Shown here piece after piece: positions 10,256 through 18,454 of a stretch of DNA of 64,000 nucleotides. This DNA is from a virus (Duplodnaviria; Caudoviricetes), in the IMG/VR virus record IMGVR_UViG_3300036802_000112, positions 64,001 to 128,000 of that record; one strand, 5' to 3'. Position numbers and translations under genes: made by a program. The notes under the pieces were generated by a model, which had not been told where the DNA came from, did no database searches, and saw only the letters and a list, made by a program, of their open reading frames with translations. Numbering within the stretch: position 1 is the first letter of the stretch; every line of letters begins with the position of its first letter.

Positions 10256-10347
10256 ATAATATACGAAGAAGGAGGGAGATGATACACTAATCTGTAGGAC
10301 TTGAGCGTGTTAAAATATATTAAAAACATAAGATCGGAGAAATCATA

Positions 10348-10710
10348 ATGAATACAATTATACCACTTATCAATCAACTAGAGATTTCAGCAGAAGAACG
10401 TGATTTAACCATCCAGAAAGTAAATGCTATTTTACACACACATCAAACGCAACAGTTCGATAGAGAGATTATGAAAAGATTTTTCAAAGAGTGGAAGTTT
10501 ATCGCAGAACGAGTAAAAGCAGGCGGAGAGATGTTAGATAGATCTTTCGCTATTGGCAAAGAAAACGATAAGAATCATTTAGGAAAGTTAAATGATTTAT
10601 ATGTCTTACAACTGCAATTGCTAGGGTTTTATGAAATGATATTCAAAGAAGCTTTACCAGAAGAGGATTTCGAAAATACATTGAATTCTATCTTTGTTGC
10701 TGTTGTATAA
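10348..10710 (+). CDS. Hypothetical protein
   Basis: 120-aa ORF with GGAG RBS. Confidence 0.6.
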   Translation: MNTIIPLINQLEISAEERDLTIQKVNAILHTHQTQQFDREIMKRFFKEWKFIAERVKAGGEMLDRSFAIGKENDKNHLGKLNDLYVLQLQLLGFYEMIFKEALPEEDFENTLNSIFVAVV

Positions 10711-10741
10711 AAATAAGCGCCCTTCGGGGCGCTTATTTTTT
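10709..10741. terminator. Bidirectional terminator at a convergent junction
   Basis: AAAAATAAGCGCCC-TTCG-GGGCGCTTATTTTT perfect stem between convergent genes. Confidence 0.85.
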
Positions 10742-11143
10742 CTTTTTCTTTTCGTCATCTTTTGCTTTTAAGTATAAATACTCTGTTTCAGATATTTCTA
10801 CTTCAGCCTTTTCACGAAGGGCAGGAGAAAATTCAACACGTATACGCTGATGGAACATTGTCTTTTCGCTTTTACGTTTCTCATTCGTCTTAGACGGAGT
10901 TGAAAACCCTACACGTTTAACAGCCTTCCTGAAAAAACTACCGATGCCATACAAAGTAACTTTGTAACCTTGAGATAAAACATACGCTAACATTTCCCAA
11001 AAGATAGGAATAAATTCACGAATGTCATCTTCTGTTAAGTTTTTTAGATTATTATTATCGGTTTTTTGTAGTGCTTTTTCTACCTTACCGGAAAATTCTT
11101 TTAAGTACATAATTTTGTTATCCATATTCAAAATCCTCATCAT
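10733..11143 (-). CDS. HU/IHF-like DNA-binding protein (start possibly 11125)
   Basis: LAYVLSQGYKVTLYGIGSF...RIRVEFSPALRE matches the HU fold signature. Confidence 0.7.
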   Translation of the reverse strand: MMRILNMDNKIMYLKEFSGKVEKALQKTDNNNLKNLTEDDIREFIPIFWEMLAYVLSQGYKVTLYGIGSFFRKAVKRVGFSTPSKTNEKRKSEKTMFHQRIRVEFSPALREKAEVEISETEYLYLKAKDDEKKKKK

Positions 11144-11149
11144 TTATTT

Positions 11150-11340
11150 ACAAGAAAGGCAACACCATCTACTTTGGGGATAATGTTGCAAAAGCAAGTT
11201 GGACAGTTCCCTTCAACTAACGATTGTATCCGCGCTTTATAGCCTTCTTGTAGGAAGAAACAAAGCCCTCTGCTTCTATTTATATCCAAAGAAAATAAAA
11301 AGTAGGAGAAGCGAACGACTCCTAAGAAGTCGATGTTTCT
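11150..11340 (-). ncRNA. Candidate structured RNA or leader between the RNAP and HU-like genes
   Basis: Three-way junction at 11189-11278 and 11-bp hairpin at 11159-11189, with G-U pairs that form only on the - strand; upstream TAGACG-18-TATAAT. Confidence 0.45.
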
Positions 11341-11346
11341 CCTACC
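11290..11346 (-). terminator. Terminator after the RNAP gene
   Basis: GGTAGGAGAA...TTCTCCTACT stem with inner CGACT/AGTCG stem, followed by TTTTATTTTC. Confidence 0.6.
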
Positions 11347-11376
11347 ATTATAGTTCAAAACAAGTTGTTACGTCTA
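11347..11376 (-). promoter_or_regulatory. Sigma-A-like promoter
   Basis: TAGACG-18 nt-TATAAT on the - strand. Confidence 0.5.
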
Positions 11377-11380
11377 GGGG

Positions 11381-14300
11381 TCAGACGAAATCAGAATACT
11401 TATTCTGTACGGTATTCTTAAATTTCTCAAACTCAGTTCCAAAGTTGCCCTGTAATCCAGCCATTTGACGAGATAATGGGTTGTCTAGTTTATCAACTAA
11501 CATACGTCCTGAAGCTTCAGCAAGGACTTGCGACGCATGAGAAGAACCTGTGCTATCAAACCAGTTGTTATCTGATTTGTATCGTTGCGCTTCTATACCT
11601 TGGATACCTTGTTCAGCATTTACGCGTTGTTTGTATACTTTGATGAACTTACGTCCCTCTTTACGAAGCTTTTCCCAAATGTCATCAGTAATCACTTCGT
11701 TTTCTCTTACGATAATCTTCTTGTTAATCAGACTACCTTTTTCTGTATACTCAACCGCAGACTTAGAACCAACTACATTGATTTTGTTTCCATAATCAAG
11801 AGCAGCCGTTACGATCTCGCGCTTACCTTTGTTGTATTCTTGAACAGCTTTCATTGGAACTTGTTGTCCTGGATTCATCTTAGATGTTCCACCACCACGA
11901 ACGACACCAGTATTGAACATGTTCGATACCGCTACCTCATAGTGACGTCTATCTGTTCCTTTAATGCCCCCAGCTTCGAATGCTTTGTTAATACTAGTTA
12001 ACATATATTCTTTTGCTGCATCGACACCTTGATACTTAATTACATCACGAGGGTTTCGGAACGTAACTTGTTCACCATCAGCGCCCCATTCTTGCGTTAA
12101 TGCTTCCCCAGCTTGTACTTTCATACCCACTTTAATTTGTTCGTTTTTAGGTTTGTTATTTAGTTGATACTTCTTGCGGTCGATTGTAATAACCCAACCT
12201 TTCAGTGGGTCTTTCGTAATATCTTTTACAACGCCATCTTTCTCAACAATAACTGCTTGGTTAACCATCGTTTCAGGAACTTTTAATACCTGATCGATTT
12301 GTTTGAAAGCATTACCTAAGTTGCTTCCGCTAGAACCGACGTGGAATGTTTTCATGATAGCCTGTGTAGAAGGCTCACCAATCGCTTGTCCCGCAACAGA
12401 ACCTACAGCTTCACCAATTGGAACAAGTTCCGCTTGCATTGCACCTGGCTTAGAACCGTAACATACTTGGCATACACCTTTGGTAGATTCACAAGTCATC
12501 GGGCTACGCACTTCAATGCTTTTGTTTGTTGCCGAAACTTCAATCTTAGCCGCTTGTGCCTCTGTTAATGGTTGCTTCTTACTCGGTTGAATTGTGCTCA
12601 TTCCATGCTCATCTTTAATTTGAACTGCTTTTAATAACATACGGCCACGAAGGTTTCGTCTGTCACTATCTAAGTTCATGTTTAAAGTGATACCATGTGT
12701 TGTACCACAATCGTGTTCCGTAATGATTGTTTGTTTATTAGACATCCAAACACGTCTACTTAGAGCACCCGGTTCTGCTGTAGCAACCGAACGGTCATAG
12801 ATACCTTTACGTGAATCGTCTGCTTGATCCCAGAACTCATCAGGAGATAAACCTTCTAGTAATGAAGAGTTAACCGAACGTGTACGTTCTCCGCCAACTT
12901 TCTTACCTACACCGACGATACCTGCCATTGCAGTAATCTGACCTGCGTTACCACGGGCACCTGAGTTGCGCATGATTTCAACAGGGTTATCAGCATCAAA
13001 CAGGTTTTTCACTTCATTCTTAATTGTGTCTTGAACAAAGTCTGTTTTCGCTTGTTCAAACGCTTCTCGGCGATCAATGAAGTTCGCAACCGCCTTTTCC
13101 GTTTTGTCCAACACGTCTTGGTTCGTTGCAGCTTCTTCGAACAATTTACCTTTATCAACTTTCGATACAGGGTCAAAGTCTTTTACACCAATACTGATAG
13201 ATGAAATCGTAGAAGCTTTGAAACTTAACTTTTGAAGTTTATTCATTGTTAATGATGTTTTCATAGGTCCGACTTTCGGATCTTTAATCATCTTATCTAA
13301 CAGTGCTGTTAACTTCTCTTCGTTCAAGTTCTCATTTTCTTTGTAGTTTTGGTATCCGACAGGAAGACATAAGTTAAACAAATGTTTACCTGCTGTAGCA
13401 GTTACTATCCCTTTGTTCATAACTTGCATTTGTACTGCATCATACGTTGTTACATCGCCTTTTTCATAAGCTTTTTGTAAATCAGCGTAATTCTTGAATT
13501 TCTTAGGGCTACCTGACGGAATTTTATCACGAGTCATGTAGTAGATACCTAACTGCATTTCGTGTTTCAATTCCATAATCAATCTATTGTTCGTTGGGTT
13601 CAATAGATTCTTAGAAGGAAGAAGTTTCTCTTTCGCTTCTTGTTTTGCCTTCTCTGTTATCGGTACATAAACAGCCATTGTATCACCATCGAAATCGGCG
13701 TTGAAACCAGATGTAACCATTGGGTTTAATCCGATTGCTCTTGATGATGCCCCATCTTCATTCCAACGAATCTTAGGGATAAATGCTTGTAACGAGTGAC
13801 GGTGTAATGATGGCTGACGGTTCAAGATAACAGGCGGCTTTTCGTTGATAATGCGTTTAAGAGCGCCTTGGTAACTGTCATTACGAGTTTTGATAGCTGT
13901 CTTCGCTTGGGAAGAATCTAATCCATCATTCATCAGTTTACCAATCAATTGAGGTTTGAACATTTCTGCTGCCATATCTTCAGGAATTGTTACCTCGTCC
14001 ATTCCTAGTTCTGGATCAACGATGATTACTGAGCGACCTGAGTAATCTTGCGTTTTACTTTGCATCTTACCACGAATGAAACCATGCTTACTCTTCAGTG
14101 TATGAAGAATACCATTGAACTCTTGTTTACGAACAGGATCTACGTAAGGCTTAGAAGTTGTACCGAAAATTTGAGTTAACGATGTAGCTGTGTTTCTATC
14201 GATAGCTGATTGGTACTCAGGAGGTAAGAAACTCATATCTGCTCCAGCTTGTTGTAATTGGTCTAAAGATTTATCAGCTTGTGTTTTAGAGTTCAGATAA

Positions 14301-17300
14301 CGTTGGTATAACTTTGTGATACCGTCATCTGTCATAGACATACCGTCAGGACTCTTCACTGGCTCACGATATTTAACAGGAAGTACAGGAATGAAATCTA
14401 ACAGATAATCCTGCGGTTTCATATTGTTATCAAGAGCTGCAGCTATGATTTCATAATCACGTTGTGCTTTCGAACGATCTTGAAGTCTCTTAGCGTTTTT
14501 CAACTTATCTTCAGCGAAAGTAAACTCTTTCTTTAAATCCACATCTTTCAGTAATTCATTTAACGCTGTAGCACCTGTTTCCCCTACAACATGCTTTTTG
14601 TCGATATAAAGAAGTCTTTCGTAATCATTACTGCTAATAACTTCATACTTACTTAATTCAGAATCACCTGGATTCGTAATAATGAAGTGACCGTTGTTAA
14701 TGACGTTTCTGATATCTTTGTTTGAAATACCTTTAGATGCTAACATTGCTGCATAAACAGGAGGTCCTTGTCCGTCTGTCATATACATTGGATTTGGAAC
14801 AGGTTGTTTCAGTTGGATTTTACCCCACTGATCTCCATCTGCTCCGAAGACGTCTTCATCATACAATCCGCCTTTTTCAAACTTCTTCTTCTTAGCAGAT
14901 AATGTTTTCGGGCTATTCACAACACCCATGCCATCAGCTTCTTTTGCTCCACTACCGATAGGTTTCAACATTAAAGAATTGAATTGGTGTTCTAAATCTG
15001 TTGGGTCACCATCTTTAAGTGGTACCATTCGAATACCAATACCGTATAATTTGTCGCTGAAGATTTTCATCGTTTCAGGCGTTACTGGTTCTTTAATCTT
15101 TTCGCCGTTTCGGATAGCGTTGTAAATTTGCATACGACCTTTATAGTCACCTGCGCCATCACTCTTCAATGTGTTCATCTCATGAATGTTATGAACCGCA
15201 CCAGCAGAAGTTAATGACCAAAACTCCATCGCACCGATACTCTGAGGGTTACGACGTTCCCCGTCAATGCTTCCTGACACTTTCTTAGGTTGGTGGGTCA
15301 TTTTATCATCTTGCCACGTACTACGGCTTGTGATTTTACCCTCAACCTTATGTTTTAATTTCATGATGTACATCGGGCCGACAGTTACTTTATTCTCGAA
15401 AGGTTTTCCAGTAGAAGGATTGATTAAGGTTTGCTTACCATCCGCCATACCTAAGTCTTCCATTTCTTTTAATAGACGATCTTTCTCTTTCTTATCAAAG
15501 TTATTCACTTTGTAAGATGGTAGACCTTTCTTCGTTGCCACCGCACCAGCGTTAACCTCTAGCAACTGACCTAAGTTCTTACGACTCGGAACAGCTAGTG
15601 GAGAGAAGATTAATTCTACAGGCTTCCCGTCCTCTGTATGAGGCATTTCGCTATCAGGTAATATCTTAGTAATCGTACCTTTGTTACCATGTCTACCGGA
15701 AAGCTTATCACCCTCACCCATAGGTTTGAACGAAAGTAATTTAATGACGTATTTCGTTTTACCGTCTCCTTGAGGAAGTACTTTCACGTCGATGATTTTA
15801 CCTTTTTGGTAACCTGCAGCTCGTTTACTTCGGTCAGAATATCTAGTCGTTGCTGTATCAACCATAGACATTTCTAGGAACTTCGCTACTAAACCTTCTG
15901 CATCATTACCTGCTTGTGGCTTCTCTTTTACCGCGGCAATTAAAACATCACCAGCAGATATCTTTTCTGTACGTTTTACAATCCCGTTTTCATCAAGTTT
16001 ATCCAGGATGCCTCTACTCACACCTAATTCTTGAAGTTTTTCACGAGCAACTTTACCTGTGATTACATTTTCATCTGTTTCGAATTCGATTAGTTTTACT
16101 TCTTCAGAAACCATCTTATTCGCAAACGATTCAGATACAACCACACCATCCTCGAAGTTGTAACCTTCATACGGCATGTAAGCAACTAAAGTGTTTTTAC
16201 CTAACGCTAGGCTACCCTTTTTAGATTGCCATCCATCAGCTAGTAAATCATTTACACCAACTTTATCTCCCACATTTACGACAGGTTTGTGATTGATGTA
16301 ACCACCTGCTTTACCAGTAGAGAAGTAGTTGAGTTTTTTTACTTTCGTTTCATGGCCATCGTCTTCCTTGATCTTAATGAAATCATCACCAATTTGAGTA
16401 ACTTCACCAGAAACAGGAGAACGTAGTAAGTGAGATGAATTATCCGCGATTTCTTCTTCAATCGTTTTATCGCCAGACACACTTTGTACTAACGGAACAT
16501 CTGGATCTTCAAGCGGAAGGGCTTGTCGTTGCATCGAACCACCCATCAGCATACGAGCACCATCATTATGCGCACCAAACGGAATTAAGTTCGTTGCGTA
16601 CCCTAAGTGAGAAGTAGGACTCTTATCCATCAATGTAACTTTGTCTTTGCTTACAGTTTCAAATTTACCTTTATGACGAACACGAACTTCGTTCTTCGTA
16701 ATAGAAGTAGTACCATCTTTCTTCTCAACGTATTCAGGATTATTGAATGCAATGTATTCCTCGAATTCATCTAACGGGTCGATATCATCTACTGTTTTAG
16801 AAGTATCTACAACACCATTATTTACTCGGTAGAATTTAGAGAAGATTTTACCATCTTTGATTTCCGCGTCGCGAGCAAGATGCTGAATTAATCCCATTGA
16901 TAAACTCTGCGGAGTTTCTACAGGGTCAATCTTTGCGAATCCAGTGTCTTGTAGTTCACGGTTTTGGTCTTTCGCTGTACGTTTTGTTAAACCATCTAAA
17001 CCTAATAGAGTAAGCTGTTGTTTCTTTTGCTGTAAGTCTAATGGGTTCGGAGAATCTACGAATTGACATAAGTTACTGTTGTACATTTGGCTTGTGCCTT
17101 TATAGATTTCATCCTTCGGTTTAATGTGAGTAGCGATATCCCCAAATTTAAAGTTACCATTTTTCAATGAGCGTTTTATACGGTTTGTCCATGCATCGAT
17201 TCCGTTTTCCACACCGATAGTAATCATATCTTCTCCGCTATCGACTTGTTTGAATCGAATATCATCTACACTTGGAGTAGAGTTAGGTCGTTTATACTCT

Positions 17301-18115
17301 TTGAACATTTGAGTGATAGTAGCTAGAATCGCATCTTTATTAAAAGAATCGAAACCTTTGCCAATGACTTGTTCGGAAACTTGCTTCGCACGTTTATCAA
17401 ACGTTACATCTCTTTCTAAGTACGTTTTGATTTCGTTTTTAGCTTCATCATCAGTTTCTACAACTTCTCCGCCTAATGCAGATAAAAGCCCTTTAGGTGA
17501 CTGAGCTTTTTGGTGACGTTTTAAAGAATCAAAAATACCATCATCGCGAACAGCAGCTTTAATCTCAGCGTCCGATGCACCTATCGCACTAAGTAACGAA
17601 AGGACATCAACTGTTTTCGTATCGCCCCAGTGCCCCATCTTTAATCCATCAATCTTTAAAGATGCTTTCTTTGTATCGAAAGTAATAACTGCACGACGTT
17701 TACCGAATCTGACTTCTGATTTTAATGTTGCGCCCGTCTCCTTGTCCTGCTCTGTACGATGAACAAAAATACCAGGACGTAATTTCATTTGGTTTAAGAA
17801 AACATTCTCATTACCATTCAAGATATAAGTCCCACGATCTGTTACAGCAGGAACACGAGAGAATACGATATTCTTGAACTCTTTCTTATCTGTCCCTTTT
17901 TCAACAGTTAATGTACCTCGAATGATTTCTTCTACCGTTTCATTATTCGCAAAAGCATTTTCTTGTGCCTCTAAACCAACGTCAGGCATTTCAAAGTTAA
18001 TGTCTTTTACATCAACTGTGTACCCGTTAGCTTCATAAGGGAAACGATCTTTAAAAATTTGAATTACTTTATCATGTACCTTTTGGGTAGATTGCGTTTG
18101 GTCAAAAACAGCCAT
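11381..18115 (-). CDS. rpoBC: Fused beta/beta-prime bacterial-type DNA-directed RNA polymerase (single 2244-aa chain)
   Basis: Beta motifs in order: GTYILNG, PVETP, MQRQALP, GYNFED, GDKLSGRHGNKG, VPSRKNLGQ, YIMKLKH. Beta-prime motifs in order: DYSGRSVI, NRQPSLH, NADFDGD (13682-13702), SGARG, bridge helix, trigger loop QAIGEPSTQAIMKTFH. Confidence 0.97.
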   Translation of the reverse strand: MAVFDQTQSTQKVHDKVIQIFKDRFPYEANGYTVDVKDINFEMPDVGLEAQENAFANNETVEEIIRGTLTVEKGTDKKEFKNIVFSRVPAVTDRGTYILNGNENVFLNQMKLRPGIFVHRTEQDKETGATLKSEVRFGKRRAVITFDTKKASLKIDGLKMGHWGDTKTVDVLSLLSAIGASDAEIKAAVRDDGIFDSLKRHQKAQSPKGLLSALGGEVVETDDEAKNEIKTYLERDVTFDKRAKQVSEQVIGKGFDSFNKDAILATITQMFKEYKRPNSTPSVDDIRFKQVDSGEDMITIGVENGIDAWTNRIKRSLKNGNFKFGDIATHIKPKDEIYKGTSQMYNSNLCQFVDSPNPLDLQQKKQQLTLLGLDGLTKRTAKDQNRELQDTGFAKIDPVETPQSLSMGLIQHLARDAEIKDGKIFSKFYRVNNGVVDTSKTVDDIDPLDEFEEYIAFNNPEYVEKKDGTTSITKNEVRVRHKGKFETVSKDKVTLMDKSPTSHLGYATNLIPFGAHNDGARMLMGGSMQRQALPLEDPDVPLVQSVSGDKTIEEEIADNSSHLLRSPVSGEVTQIGDDFIKIKEDDGHETKVKKLNYFSTGKAGGYINHKPVVNVGDKVGVNDLLADGWQSKKGSLALGKNTLVAYMPYEGYNFEDGVVVSESFANKMVSEEVKLIEFETDENVITGKVAREKLQELGVSRGILDKLDENGIVKRTEKISAGDVLIAAVKEKPQAGNDAEGLVAKFLEMSMVDTATTRYSDRSKRAAGYQKGKIIDVKVLPQGDGKTKYVIKLLSFKPMGEGDKLSGRHGNKGTITKILPDSEMPHTEDGKPVELIFSPLAVPSRKNLGQLLEVNAGAVATKKGLPSYKVNNFDKKEKDRLLKEMEDLGMADGKQTLINPSTGKPFENKVTVGPMYIMKLKHKVEGKITSRSTWQDDKMTHQPKKVSGSIDGERRNPQSIGAMEFWSLTSAGAVHNIHEMNTLKSDGAGDYKGRMQIYNAIRNGEKIKEPVTPETMKIFSDKLYGIGIRMVPLKDGDPTDLEHQFNSLMLKPIGSGAKEADGMGVVNSPKTLSAKKKKFEKGGLYDEDVFGADGDQWGKIQLKQPVPNPMYMTDGQGPPVYAAMLASKGISNKDIRNVINNGHFIITNPGDSELSKYEVISSNDYERLLYIDKKHVVGETGATALNELLKDVDLKKEFTFAEDKLKNAKRLQDRSKAQRDYEIIAAALDNNMKPQDYLLDFIPVLPVKYREPVKSPDGMSMTDDGITKLYQRYLNSKTQADKSLDQLQQAGADMSFLPPEYQSAIDRNTATSLTQIFGTTSKPYVDPVRKQEFNGILHTLKSKHGFIRGKMQSKTQDYSGRSVIIVDPELGMDEVTIPEDMAAEMFKPQLIGKLMNDGLDSSQAKTAIKTRNDSYQGALKRIINEKPPVILNRQPSLHRHSLQAFIPKIRWNEDGASSRAIGLNPMVTSGFNADFDGDTMAVYVPITEKAKQEAKEKLLPSKNLLNPTNNRLIMELKHEMQLGIYYMTRDKIPSGSPKKFKNYADLQKAYEKGDVTTYDAVQMQVMNKGIVTATAGKHLFNLCLPVGYQNYKENENLNEEKLTALLDKMIKDPKVGPMKTSLTMNKLQKLSFKASTISSISIGVKDFDPVSKVDKGKLFEEAATNQDVLDKTEKAVANFIDRREAFEQAKTDFVQDTIKNEVKNLFDADNPVEIMRNSGARGNAGQITAMAGIVGVGKKVGGERTRSVNSSLLEGLSPDEFWDQADDSRKGIYDRSVATAEPGALSRRVWMSNKQTIITEHDCGTTHGITLNMNLDSDRRNLRGRMLLKAVQIKDEHGMSTIQPSKKQPLTEAQAAKIEVSATNKSIEVRSPMTCESTKGVCQVCYGSKPGAMQAELVPIGEAVGSVAGQAIGEPSTQAIMKTFHVGSSGSNLGNAFKQIDQVLKVPETMVNQAVIVEKDGVVKDITKDPLKGWVITIDRKKYQLNNKPKNEQIKVGMKVQAGEALTQEWGADGEQVTFRNPRDVIKYQGVDAAKEYMLTSINKAFEAGGIKGTDRRHYEVAVSNMFNTGVVRGGGTSKMNPGQQVPMKAVQEYNKGKREIVTAALDYGNKINVVGSKSAVEYTEKGSLINKKIIVRENEVITDDIWEKLRKEGRKFIKVYKQRVNAEQGIQGIEAQRYKSDNNWFDSTGSSHASQVLAEASGRMLVDKLDNPLSRQMAGLQGNFGTEFEKFKNTVQNKYSDFV

Positions 18116-18136
18116 CTATTTCTCTCCCTTCGTTGT

Positions 18137-18454
18137 TTAAAATTCATAATCTAACACGATTATAACACCATTTTCACTGAAAAAGTCGTTTTTGTTAATC
18201 ACGCTTATACTAGGGTCTTCGAGTAATTCATCTAACCTCGGATTCGAACCATCGAATATAATAAGGCGTTCTAGTTTGCGACGTCTTTTCCGTTCTAACT
18301 TTTCTTTAACACGAGTATACCTTACAGATACAGTTGTATATCCGCTTTCTGAACAAGCAACATTTAAAGATATCAAAGAAACATAAGGGTCGTTAAGCAA
18401 TTGCTCAACGACCTCCTGGTTGATAGATAAATCATAGACTCGAAACATTATCAA
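18137..18454 (-). CDS. Hypothetical protein with two short internal repeats
   Basis: EQLLNDPYVSLI and DELLEDPSISVI repeats; between portal and RNAP. Confidence 0.55.
   Translation of the reverse strand: MIMFRVYDLSINQEVVEQLLNDPYVSLISLNVACSESGYTTVSVRYTRVKEKLERKRRRKLERLIIFDGSNPRLDELLEDPSISVINKNDFFSENGVIIVLDYEF

Noticed and set aside
11140-11358. 72-aa ORF between the RNAP and HU-like genes
   Set aside because: No convincing RBS or start; it overlaps a promoter, a terminator and multiple stems, so it is better explained as RNA structure.
11381-18115. Host chromosomal rpoB-rpoC locus
   Set aside because: No ribosomal-protein neighbours; strongly diverged and fused; flanked by portal and terminase genes.
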